From NCBI GenBank assembly GCA_016197155.1, contig JACPWF010000025.1, positions 28,276-92,275 on the forward strand: DNA of 64,000 nt. The letters are read 5' to 3'. This stretch comes from Candidatus Omnitrophota bacterium (GTDB lineage Bacteria; Omnitrophota; Gorgyraeia; 2-02-FULL-51-18). This document shows positions 9,715-17,909 of the stretch, piece by piece. The notes under the pieces are model-generated. The model did no database searches. It was not told the DNA's origin and saw only the letters and a list, made by a program, of their open reading frames with translations. Within the stretch, counting starts at the first letter, position 1. Every line of letters begins with the position of its first letter. Made by a program: the position numbers and the translations under genes.

Positions 9715-10779
9715 TCAGCTTCTCAAAACCTTGAGTATCCTTTGCGCGGCGTCTCCCGAAATTACCGTTCGACTAACCATTTGTCTTGAATTTTCAAAAA
9801 GCGGCTGATTGTCAGGGGCCTTTTTAGCCAGATGAACGAAATGAAACCAATCCTCCGTCTCCCGGATCAAAAAAAGCGGCTCGTAGCGGGATGTGTCCAC
9901 GTCGCCGGCAACCACCGCCACCGGCACTCCGGCCCGGGCCGCGTCCAAAGCGACCGTTGAAGGAGTCGTGATGATCGCGTCCGACCCGCGAAGAAAAGCG
10001 GAAAGTCCGTAACGCCCCCAAACCGGCGCATGCGGATCGGCTAAAATCAGGTTCTTTAGACCGGAAAATACTTCACGGCCGTGCCGCGTAAACCACCTTT
10101 GGTCCGGATGAGGCCGCACAAAAAAGGTGGTGTCGGGAAGGCGCCTGGCGGTTTCTTTCAAATCCGCCATGAAACGCCTCCGGTACTCGTCGGAATAGCG
10201 ATGCCAATGCAAATTCTCAAAAACTGTGACGGTGAAAGGCCGCCCCTCGACTTTACCCAGGGGTATTTCGGAAAGCCTGAGTTCACGCGGATACCCCACC
10301 GGAATACATCTTCCCTTAACTTCGGACGGGATTTGGGGATCTAGGGAGGACAACTCCCCCCAAACAAAAATCTTTTGCGAAGCAAATCGCACCGTTCCCG
10401 GCGGATCTTTCTCATCAAAATAAGTCAGGCCGACCTGCTCAAAGCCATGCTGGACCGTGAAGGTTTTAATTCCAAGACGATTGGCCCGTCGCGTCAACGC
10501 GTAAGCCGCCGCGTGCGGCCGCAGACTGGATTCCGAAGCAGTAACCAGCGCGTCAAAGCCTCGCAGGCCCGGTCCTAGCCCCAAAATGATTTTCCATCTG
10601 GGAATCACCTGAAAACGAATGGGTAGGGACTGGAAATCGGAAGCTGTGGCGGCAAACCGGCGAAACAGCCTGTCCGTGAAATAGACGGACGCTTCAAACC
10701 CCCTGCCCACACCGCCTTTCACAATGGGCAACAAAAGTTCCGTGTCCTGCACATAATCCAGAAAAAAAAGAATCTTCAC
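9715..10779 (-). CDS. Putative GT-B fold surface-polysaccharide transferase
   Basis: TVQHG, FVRPHP, SDAIITTPSTVALDA motifs typical of capsule/glycerophosphate/nonulosonate transferases; probable GTG start at 10779. Confidence 0.55.
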   Translation of the reverse strand: MKILFFLDYVQDTELLLPIVKGGVGRGFEASVYFTDRLFRRFAATASDFQSLPIRFQVIPRWKIILGLGPGLRGFDALVTASESSLRPHAAAYALTRRANRLGIKTFTVQHGFEQVGLTYFDEKDPPGTVRFASQKIFVWGELSSLDPQIPSEVKGRCIPVGYPRELRLSEIPLGKVEGRPFTVTVFENLHWHRYSDEYRRRFMADLKETARRLPDTTFFVRPHPDQRWFTRHGREVFSGLKNLILADPHAPVWGRYGLSAFLRGSDAIITTPSTVALDAARAGVPVAVVAGDVDTSRYEPLFLIRETEDWFHFVHLAKKAPDNQPLFENSRQMVSRTVISGDAAQRILKVLRS

Positions 10780-12083
10780 GCGTCCCTCACGAACGGCGCG
10801 CGCGTCAAAAAAAAGTAGGTCAGGACGGGAAAACTCTGGATCATCAACCGGTCCAACGACACGGCGAGCTGAGTCGGCAAATTCAAAGCTGTCAGACAAT
10901 AGACACCCGCGTATCCGGCGTTCAGAAAAAAAACGGTCAGGGGTATCCAAATTTTATCTCTACCAAATATCTCCCGCCGGAAGAAAACCGCCAGCACACC
11001 GAAAACGGGCCAGGCATACGCCCAGGAATTTTCTTTGCGGATTTCCGCGGCAAAAAAGGAAAAAACCGTTCCCAGCCTTGACAAAATCTCTTCGGCCGTC
11101 AACCGACTGATCGCTTCCGGCCGCAGCATGTGATTCGGCGAAAACGTGCTCAGTTTAAAAAATACTGTGAACGCCAAAAATAAAAGTCCCCCCTTCGCCA
11201 TCGCGAAGAGAAACCGCCTCTCCGTAAACAGAGCCAGCGAGAGGCAAAAGGCCGCAAAAAACAAAAGCCCTTCGTTTTTCACAAAACCGGACATCCCTGC
11301 AAACGCGCCCGATACCATCGCCCAACGCGCGTCCTCGCCACAAAGTGCCATGTCCATCGAAACGATGGCAGCCGTAAAAAAATAGGCGACCGGAATATCC
11401 GCGTACTGCGACCCGCCCATTCCAATGAAATGCGGAATCGAAATGAGAAAGAGACCGGATACCCACGCCGAACGCCTTCCATAACGGGCGGCGGCCGCCA
11501 TTACCAAACCGACCAGGCACAAGGTCATCATGAAAGCCAACAGAAAAGCGGCCGCGGCCGTCTCCCGTCCCGCAAAAAGCCATGCCCAAACCAAGGCCAG
11601 CGGATAAAAGAGCGGATAGTCCGGATGAGAAAAACGTAAACCCGGCGCGAAGATCGCCCGCCAGTCCGCGGCATGATAAATGAAACGTGCCTTTATTTTC
11701 CAAATGGCCCAGACGTCGAGGCCCGTCCCGAACGGCGATTTCAGCATGACCGCGAGCAACAACAAAGCCGCCGCCGAAAGAATGGCGAAAAAAACCACGC
11801 CTTCTTTCATTGCCGCAGGTTCCCGTTTTGTATTGCGATATGCCCCCCACAGCATGACCAGCAAAAAAAGATGCGCGGCAATCGCGAGTTCTCTGGAAAT
11901 TCGGTGAAAGAAATACAGATCGAAATATAAAAGGAAGCTGGATATAAAAAGTCCCGCTCCCGGAGCGAGAAAAAGAAGGAGAGATCCCGGACAACGGGAA
12001 TTTTTCAGAAAAACCCGAAGGGCACAGAAACCGATCGCGCCTGAAACCAGATACGACATCATCGCTAAAAAACCGGCTGTCAT
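10776..12083 (-). CDS. Multi-pass membrane protein, GT-C/ArnT (GT39/83)-like
   Basis: Many hydrophobic segments; DVWAIW, HPDYPL, QYADIP, KNEG motifs. Confidence 0.65.
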   Translation of the reverse strand: MTAGFLAMMSYLVSGAIGFCALRVFLKNSRCPGSLLLFLAPGAGLFISSFLLYFDLYFFHRISRELAIAAHLFLLVMLWGAYRNTKREPAAMKEGVVFFAILSAAALLLLAVMLKSPFGTGLDVWAIWKIKARFIYHAADWRAIFAPGLRFSHPDYPLFYPLALVWAWLFAGRETAAAAFLLAFMMTLCLVGLVMAAAARYGRRSAWVSGLFLISIPHFIGMGGSQYADIPVAYFFTAAIVSMDMALCGEDARWAMVSGAFAGMSGFVKNEGLLFFAAFCLSLALFTERRFLFAMAKGGLLFLAFTVFFKLSTFSPNHMLRPEAISRLTAEEILSRLGTVFSFFAAEIRKENSWAYAWPVFGVLAVFFRREIFGRDKIWIPLTVFFLNAGYAGVYCLTALNLPTQLAVSLDRLMIQSFPVLTYFFLTRAPFVRDA

Positions 12084-12505
12084 GTGAAGCGCCTGTCTTT
12101 CCGTGCGATCGCCAAACCACCTGACTGAAAAAGGACCTCAAGGGAATTGTCCCTGCAATGGGACTCGAGTGATTCCGGCGTTTCGAAATCGAGAACGAAA
12201 TGATCGGCATGCGCGTTATTGTCTGAGATGAGGTGAGGAGCCATCGCGTATTGAAAGTCGTAATACCGCTCCGCCGCTTTCCCGGGAATCCCGGAGACGT
12301 AGGAAAAACGCGAAAAATCAAAGGGTGACGAAGAAACGAAGGAAAGAATTTTGTCTTTGAGAATCCGGTAACGCGAATCCACGGCCTCATGCCGCGAAAC
12401 CAGCGCCTGAACAGATCGGCAGGCAATCTTGATCTGCCTTATGAAACCAAAGGCTATCGACAAAATCAGGACAAAGCAGAGAAGGAATTTACGAAAACGA
12501 GGCAC
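12080..12505 (-). CDS. Hypothetical membrane-anchored protein
   Basis: N-terminal hydrophobic helix; translationally coupled to the downstream gene. Confidence 0.55.
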   Translation of the reverse strand: MPRFRKFLLCFVLILSIAFGFIRQIKIACRSVQALVSRHEAVDSRYRILKDKILSFVSSSPFDFSRFSYVSGIPGKAAERYYDFQYAMAPHLISDNNAHADHFVLDFETPESLESHCRDNSLEVLFQSGGLAIARKDRRFT

Positions 12506-12516
12506 TTCGTTACCTA

Positions 12517-12553
12517 AAAAACAAAACCCGGTTCCCTTAGCGGGGAACCGGGT
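12517..12553 (-). terminator. Rho-independent terminator of the porin gene
   Basis: ACCCGGTTCCC...GGGAACCGGGT hairpin followed on the minus strand by TTTGTTTTT, just after the 12572 stop. Confidence 0.8.
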
Positions 12554-12571
12554 CGGAGTTTGAGAATTTAA

Positions 12572-13462
12572 TTACCAGCGAATGCGCCCGTTCAGCGAGA
12601 CTGCCGTCTCCGCGATAAAGCGACCTTCAACATTCACGGCCAGACGATCACCAAAAGTGATGAGTTGAAGTCCTGTGGCCACCGCGACCGAATCTTGACC
12701 ATTCCGATGACCGGTCTGAACCGTTTCCCTCGGGTTGGTGGCATCTGCCGGCAATGAGCTGGTACCGGATATATTCAGGTCCAGATCATTGTATTGGACA
12801 CCCACGTAAGGAGTAATGCTAAACCCATTGATTCCGATAAAGCCGAGGGGATTGTCAATGCGTTGGGCGATTCCGATGCCCGTCTGCCATTCATTGATTT
12901 CCACTTCCAGATCCTCAATGACCGCATCCACCACCCCAATCGACGCGGTATCAACGGCCAAATGGGTCCATCGATAGCCACCGCTACCATAGATGTTCGC
13001 TTTTGGTAGGCCCGGAAAAATTCCAGAAAGCAGGTCCACCTCAATGAGATCGACTTTCCCGCCGACACCCACAGCAAACTGCGAATCAGTTTTAAGAACC
13101 ACTTTCGTAGTGGTGTTGTTGCTGATCGGCGTATTTCCAAGTTTCAAATTGGCTGTCCCAAGGAAGACATCGAGGTGAACCTTGTCGAGAGGGTCCCAGT
13201 AAACGTTGCCACCCCACCAGGTGGCCTCGCTCACGTCGGTGGCATCATCGAGGTTTCTGTCAATCACATAATCAGCTGACGTCCCAAACCCAACCGCCCA
13301 CGGACCCCACATGCCCATCCACGGCTGATCCTTGGAAGTGAGAAGCGGCGTCATCTGATAAGTGTTCAGGTCCGCATCGGACGGCATCGCGAAAGCGCGG
13401 TCGCCGGAAAATGAGACCACAGCCAAAAGGAACGCAACCACAACGAACGTTTTTATTTTCAT
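12572..13462 (-). CDS. Outer-membrane beta-barrel porin, Chlamydia MOMP-like
   Basis: Signal peptide ending AFA; DYVIDR, EWQ, TPYVGV motifs; C-terminus VEGRFIAETAVSLNGRIRW ending in an aromatic residue; AAGGAG RBS. Confidence 0.7.
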   Translation of the reverse strand: MKIKTFVVVAFLLAVVSFSGDRAFAMPSDADLNTYQMTPLLTSKDQPWMGMWGPWAVGFGTSADYVIDRNLDDATDVSEATWWGGNVYWDPLDKVHLDVFLGTANLKLGNTPISNNTTTKVVLKTDSQFAVGVGGKVDLIEVDLLSGIFPGLPKANIYGSGGYRWTHLAVDTASIGVVDAVIEDLEVEINEWQTGIGIAQRIDNPLGFIGINGFSITPYVGVQYNDLDLNISGTSSLPADATNPRETVQTGHRNGQDSVAVATGLQLITFGDRLAVNVEGRFIAETAVSLNGRIRW

Positions 13463-13516
13463 CCAATCGTCTCCTTTAATAGTAAGAGTCCCACAAGCAT
13501 GAATCTTTAGTTATGG

Positions 13517-13545
13517 ATTATATAAAATAACTCATTTTTAATCAA
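13517..13545 (-). promoter_or_regulatory. Sigma70-type promoter of the porin gene
   Basis: TTGATT-17 bp-TATAAT on the minus strand. Confidence 0.6.
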
Positions 13546-13554
13546 GATTAATTA

Positions 13555-14421
13555 TTAAAAAAAATTTTTAGCCGTTTCCACCAGTTCTTCGGCGGAAAAA
13601 ACGTTTTCGGAGTCCGCGGCGGCCGCGGCGGCGGTCAATTCCAACCGATAAAACTCCGCCACGTTGTCGTTGTAAAATTTGAGGTTGTCGCGGAAGCGCT
13701 TGGCGATGACTTCCAGATTTGCCCAGACGGCGTCGATCGCGCACACCGCGAACGCGTCGCCGCCGTAGCGGCAAAGAACGTCGGATCGCCGAAAGGAAGT
13801 CTTTAAAATCTCGGCGGCGCGGGTCAAGGCCCGGCTACCCTCCTTGTAACCGAGGCCTTCGTTCATTTTGTTGAGATTGGCGACCTGAAAATGAAAGAAG
13901 AGATGCCCCTTTTTCGTGCGCGGTAAAAGTTTGAGCTGCTGCTCGGCCACGATCGAGAACCCTCTGCGGTTGTACAGGCCCGTGAGATCGTCGAGCAAAA
14001 GATTTTCGCACAGTTCCCGGTGAGCCCTGTTTCTCGCCACGGCGCGGCGCACCAGGCGCGCGATCCGCCCGGCGTCGCGCTCGGATTTGAAGAGACCGTC
14101 GTCGGCGCCGAAGCGAACGGCCTTTTCAATGAGAGGTTCCTCGGTCTCGCCGGCGAGAACGAGGATGGGGATGCCGCGCGCGCGGGAACGAAGCGAAAAA
14201 AAGGCGTCCATCCCCTTGGCCTCGGGCAGAGCCAAATCCACAAGTACCGCGTCCGCGCCGCCGCGCTTCAAAAATTCGAGGCCGTCCTTCAGCGAGCCGG
14301 TGTGCTCGAGACGACAGTCAGGGGCGTGTTTTTTAAAAATATCGTTTAGGAAAAGCGGGTAGTCGGGATCGGCCGTGATGAGAAAAACGCGGACCGATGG
14401 GTTTTCGTGAGCGGCGGACAT
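13555..14421 (-). CDS. Response regulator receiver plus degenerate GGDEF domain
   Basis: REC domain (AVLVDLALP); DDLTGLYNRR; RRSD I-site; GGDAF instead of GGDEF. Confidence 0.85.
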   Translation of the reverse strand: MSAAHENPSVRVFLITADPDYPLFLNDIFKKHAPDCRLEHTGSLKDGLEFLKRGGADAVLVDLALPEAKGMDAFFSLRSRARGIPILVLAGETEEPLIEKAVRFGADDGLFKSERDAGRIARLVRRAVARNRAHRELCENLLLDDLTGLYNRRGFSIVAEQQLKLLPRTKKGHLFFHFQVANLNKMNEGLGYKEGSRALTRAAEILKTSFRRSDVLCRYGGDAFAVCAIDAVWANLEVIAKRFRDNLKFYNDNVAEFYRLELTAAAAAADSENVFSAEELVETAKNFF

Positions 14422-14473
14422 CTGGATTTAATCTAACGGGTCACGGCGATAAAATCAATATTAAAAACAAAAA

Positions 14474-14562
14474 CGGAGAGGTAGGGATTCGAACCCTAGG
14501 ACCCGTTTTACCAGGTCAGTCACTTAGCAGGCGACTGCAATCGGCCTCTCTGCCACCTCTCC
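14474..14562 (-). tRNA. tRNA-Ser(GCT)
   Basis: GGAGAGGTGGCAGAGAGG...CTGCTAA anticodon loop, long variable arm, GGTTCGAATCC, acceptor stem pairs. Confidence 0.95.
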
Positions 14563-14696
14563 TAAAATTAAAACTATCCATCTTTACTCAGCCTCTCCCT
14601 GCCTGCCGGCAGGCAGGTGCCACCTCTCCTAAAATTAAAACTATCCATCTTTACTCAGCCTCTCCCTGCCTGCCGGCAGGCAGGTGCCACCTCTCC
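14551..14696. repeat. 67-bp tandem repeat (about 2.2 units): tRNA-Ser 5' fragment, 20-bp palindrome and AT-rich spacer
   Basis: Identical units start at 14551, 14618 and 14685; palindrome CCTGCCTGCCGGCAGGCAGG at 14598-14617 and 14665-14684. Confidence 0.95.
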
Positions 14697-14740
14697 TAAA
14701 ATTTTAAAAAATGTTTATAGATTTTAAATTTATCCGATCC

Positions 14741-14829
14741 TGGCGGAGAGGGTAGGATTCGAACCTACGGTCGCCAGTGGCGACAGCGGTTTTCAAGACC
14801 GCCGCATTAGACCACTCTGCCACCTCTCC
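14741..14829 (-). tRNA. tRNA-Ser(TGA)
   Basis: GGAGAGGTGGCAGAGTGG...CTTGAAA loop, variable arm, GGTTCGAATCC, encoded CCA. Confidence 0.95.
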
Positions 14830-15059
14830 CTGATCCACTTCCGTCCTTGACCTGATTTTAAAAAGTTTTCTCTCTGTCTGGCACGGGTGTAATCAGACAA
14901 TTCTTCCTCATAGAACAAAACCCAGGGACGATAAGGCTTGGTGGATTTCACCTTGCCTGAGTTATGAGATTGAAGTCTGGTGAAAGACATTCCTTCTCGG
15001 CTTGAGCCAATATAGAAACCTTTTTTTGATTCACTGTAAAGGATATAAACACAAGACAC
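14793..15059 (-). CDS. Small stand-alone GIY-YIG nuclease
   Basis: VYILYS...FYIGSS, RL.SHN.G..KSTK.YRPW, ARQRENFLKS; the last 12 codons overlap tRNA-Ser(TGA). Confidence 0.85.
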   Translation of the reverse strand: MSCVYILYSESKKGFYIGSSREGMSFTRLQSHNSGKVKSTKPYRPWVLFYEEELSDYTRARQRENFLKSGQGRKWIRERWQSGLMRRS

Positions 15060-15078
15060 TCTTATCCCTTTCCCTTAA

Positions 15079-15194
15079 AGCGGTTTTTCCGCCAAAGGCG
15101 CCCGCCTGCCGGTCGGGCAGGGACTCGCCTCCGGCGGGCAAGACCGCCGCATTAGACCACTCCCTGCCTGCCGGCAGGCAGGTGCCACCTCTCC
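15079..15194 (-). pseudogene. Duplicated 5' half of tRNA-Ser(TGA) disrupted by two palindromic insertions
   Basis: Identical to 14785-14829 (45 nt) after removing 15163-15182 (20 bp) and 15088-15138 (51 bp). Confidence 0.9.
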
Positions 15195-16465
15195 TATTTC
15201 TTAATCACCGCCATTCCGCCCAGGTACGGCCGCAGGACTTCCGGCACGCGCACCGAGCCGTCGGCGTTTTGATTGTTTTCCAAAATCGCGATGACGACGC
15301 GCGGCAGAGCCAGTCCCGAGCCGTTCAGCGTGTGGACGAATTCCGATTTATTCGAATTTTTTCTTTTGAAGCGGATATTCGCGCGCCGCGCCTGAAACGC
15401 CTCAAAGTTGGAAACCGACGACACCTCGAGCCATCGCCCCAGGCCCGCGGCCCAGGCCTCGATGTCGTAGCACTTGGCCGCCGCGAAGCCCATGTCGCCG
15501 CTCGAAAGCTGGATCACGCGATAGGGAATTTCCAAAAGATCTAAAATTTTCTCCGCGTCTTTCAGAAGCGACTCGTGCGCCTTGTAGGAATCCTCCGGCT
15601 TCGTGAATTTGACGAGCTCCACTTTGTCAAACTGGTGCACGCGCACAAGGCCCTTGGTGTCTTTTCCGTAGGAACCCGCTTCGCGGCGGAAACACGGCGT
15701 GTAGGCCGTGTATTTCAAAGGCAGGTCCTCTTCTTTCAAAATCTCGTCGCGGTGAAGGTTCGTCACCGGCACCTCGGCCGTGGGGATGAGAAAAAGGTCG
15801 TCGTCCTTCAGGCGGTAGAGGTCTTCTTCGAATTTCGGAAGCTGTCCCGTGCCCGTCATGCTCGCGCGGTTCACGAGAGACGGCGGCCAGATTTCCGTGT
15901 AGCCGTGCGCGGCGTGCCGGTCGAGCATGAAATTGACCAGCGCGCGCAGAAGGCGCGACCCCGTCCCCCAAAAAAGCGGAAAAGCGCTTCCCGTAATCTT
16001 GGCCGCGCGCGCCATGTCGAGGATCCCGAGGGTCTGGCCGATTTCCGTGTGTTCCCGGGGTTTGAAACTGAATTTGGGAATGTCCCCGCGATGCGAAACT
16101 TCCGTGTTGGCACGGCTGTCGGCGCCGATCTTCACGGATTCGTGAGGCAGATTGGGGATGAGAAGGAGTTCTTCTCTAAATTTTATTTCAATCTCCTCCG
16201 CCTTCGCTTCGAGCGCGCCGATTTTTTGCGAGGCCTCTTTCATGGAGGCGATGAGGGCCTTGGGGTCTTTTTTTTCTTTTAGGACCCGCGAGATCTCGTC
16301 GTTTTTTCTGTTTTTTTGACCGCGGAGTCCGTCAAGCTCGGTTTGGACCGCACGGCGTTTGGCGTCGAGCGCCAGGAACGCGTCGAATGGAAATTTCGGA
16401 GCCCTGGTTTTCAGGAGCTCCTTCACTTTTTCCTGATTGTCACGAATAAACGATACATCCAGCAT
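15194..16465 (-). CDS. serS: Serine--tRNA ligase
   Basis: MLDVSFIR start, [34 protein letters not shown]. Confidence 0.97.
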   Translation of the reverse strand: MLDVSFIRDNQEKVKELLKTRAPKFPFDAFLALDAKRRAVQTELDGLRGQKNRKNDEISRVLKEKKDPKALIASMKEASQKIGALEAKAEEIEIKFREELLLIPNLPHESVKIGADSRANTEVSHRGDIPKFSFKPREHTEIGQTLGILDMARAAKITGSAFPLFWGTGSRLLRALVNFMLDRHAAHGYTEIWPPSLVNRASMTGTGQLPKFEEDLYRLKDDDLFLIPTAEVPVTNLHRDEILKEEDLPLKYTAYTPCFRREAGSYGKDTKGLVRVHQFDKVELVKFTKPEDSYKAHESLLKDAEKILDLLEIPYRVIQLSSGDMGFAAAKCYDIEAWAAGLGRWLEVSSVSNFEAFQARRANIRFKRKNSNKSEFVHTLNGSGLALPRVVIAILENNQNADGSVRVPEVLRPYLGGMAVIKK

Positions 16466-16488
16466 GGGGAGATTATAGCGAATACGCC

Positions 16489-16538
16489 GATGGTGAGCAA
16501 GGCGGATGGCCAAAAGGCCATCCGCCGCGTCGAACCAT
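16489..16538. repeat. REP-like element (ATGGTGAGC...GTCGAACCAT) with an internal perfect hairpin
   Basis: GGCGGATGGCC-AAAA-GGCCATCCGCC at 16501-16526 inside flanking imperfect inverted arms, directly 3' of tRNA-Lys. Confidence 0.55.
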
Positions 16539-16610
16539 GAGGCGCCCGGGACTTGAACCCGGCACACCTTCCTTAAAAGGGAAGTGCTCTACCAGATGAG
16601 CTAGCGCCTC
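16538..16610 (-). tRNA. tRNA-Lys(TTT)
   Basis: GAGGCGCTAGCTCA...CTTTTAA loop...GGTTCAAGTCC...GCGCCTCA. Confidence 0.93.
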
Positions 16611-16621
16611 GTGAACTTGTT

Positions 16622-17188
16622 TTAAACTTGGGTGAGATCTTTTTCTTTGGCGGCCTCGGCCTGATCGATCATTTGGATATAGCGATCGGTCAGCTTCTGA
16701 ATATCCGTCTGGCCCTTAAAACTTTCGTCTTCGGTGGCGGTCTTTTCCTTTTCGAGCTGTTTCGTCTTTTCATTGGCCTCGCGGCGGATCGAGCGGAGCG
16801 CCACGCGGCCCTCTTCGGCCAGTTTGTGGACGATCTTGACCAGATCCTCCCGGCGTTCGCGCGTGAGCGGCGGAATGACGAGCCTCACCATCTTGCCGTC
16901 AATCACCGGCGCGATGCCCAGGTCCGACTCGCCGATCGCCTTTTCGATCGCCTTCAAAACCGACGGGTCCCACGGGTGAAGGAGCAACATGCGCGGCTCA
17001 GGGACCGTGATATTGGCCACCTGCCGCAGGGGCGTCGGCGTGCCGTAATAGTCGACGCGGATATTTTCCACCATCCCGGCCGAGGCGCGGCCCGAGCGCA
17101 CCGCCGCGAAATGCTGGTAGACGATGTCCACGGACTTTTTCATTTTTTCTTCGGATTCGCGGATGAGGTTCTGCGCGCCGCCCGCCAT
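16622..17188 (-). CDS. frr: Ribosome recycling factor
   Basis: RSGRAS, VDYYG, IPPLTRERR, IRREAN motifs. Confidence 0.97.
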   Translation of the reverse strand: MAGGAQNLIRESEEKMKKSVDIVYQHFAAVRSGRASAGMVENIRVDYYGTPTPLRQVANITVPEPRMLLLHPWDPSVLKAIEKAIGESDLGIAPVIDGKMVRLVIPPLTRERREDLVKIVHKLAEEGRVALRSIRREANEKTKQLEKEKTATEDESFKGQTDIQKLTDRYIQMIDQAEAAKEKDLTQV

Positions 17189-17189
17189 C

Positions 17190-17909
17190 TTAATTGGTCA
17201 CGATCGTGCCGATATTCTGGCCCGACACCACGCGCTCGATGTTGCCGTGTTTCAAAAGGTCAAACACGATGATCGGAAGGTTGTTGTCCATGCAGAGACT
17301 GATCGCGGTGGCGTCCATCACTTTCAATTTCTTTTTCAAAACGTCCATGTAGCGCAGGCGCGTGAAACGCTTGGCGTCCTTCACGGCCTTGGGATCCGCC
17401 GAATAGATCCCGTCGACCTTCGTCGCCTTTAGGATCACCTCGGCCCCGAGCTCGATCGCGCGCAAGGCCGCCGTCGTGTCGGTCGTGAAATAAGGATTCC
17501 CCGTGCCGCCGGCCAAAATCACGATGCGGCCTTTCTCCAAATGCCGGATCGCGCGGCGCCGGATGTAGGGCTCGGCCAGCGCCTCCATCGTGATCGCGGT
17601 GAGGACCCGCGTGAAAACCCCTTTTCGTTCGAGCGCGTCCTGGAGCGCCATGCCGTTGATGACCGTCGCCAGCATCCCCATGTAATCGGCCGTCGAACGG
17701 TCCATCCCGCGCGAGGCGGCCTCGAGGCCCCGGAAAATATTTCCCCCGCCGATCACCACGGCCAGCTCCACGCCGCGGTCTTTTATTTCCTTCAGCTGAA
17801 GGGCGATCGAATCCACCACGCGCGGGTCGATGCCGTAATTCTGCCGCCCCTGGAGCGCCTCGCCGCTCAGCTTTAAGAGCACCCGTTTGTACGCTTTTAT
17901 TTTTTTCAT
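17190..17909 (-). CDS. pyrH: UMP kinase
   Basis: [27 protein letters not shown]. Confidence 0.97.
   Translation of the reverse strand: MKKIKAYKRVLLKLSGEALQGRQNYGIDPRVVDSIALQLKEIKDRGVELAVVIGGGNIFRGLEAASRGMDRSTADYMGMLATVINGMALQDALERKGVFTRVLTAITMEALAEPYIRRRAIRHLEKGRIVILAGGTGNPYFTTDTTAALRAIELGAEVILKATKVDGIYSADPKAVKDAKRFTRLRYMDVLKKKLKVMDATAISLCMDNNLPIIVFDLLKHGNIERVVSGQNIGTIVTN

Noticed and set aside
11155-12426. 423-aa alternative-frame ORF
   Set aside because: It overlaps two better-supported genes on the same strand and has an Arg/Gly/Ser-rich non-coding-frame composition.
14551-14696. CRISPR array
   Set aside because: The intervening sequences are identical rather than unique spacers, the repeat derives from tRNA, and no cas genes are present.
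14397-14699. 100-aa plus-strand ORF with PACRQAG/LPAGR repeats
   Set aside because: It is a translation of the antisense tRNA and the palindromic repeats, not a gene.
14793-15138. Group I intron with a homing endonuclease in the tRNA anticodon loop
   Set aside because: A complete uninterrupted tRNA follows, and only about 20 nt separate the pseudo-half from the ORF, leaving no room for a ribozyme core.
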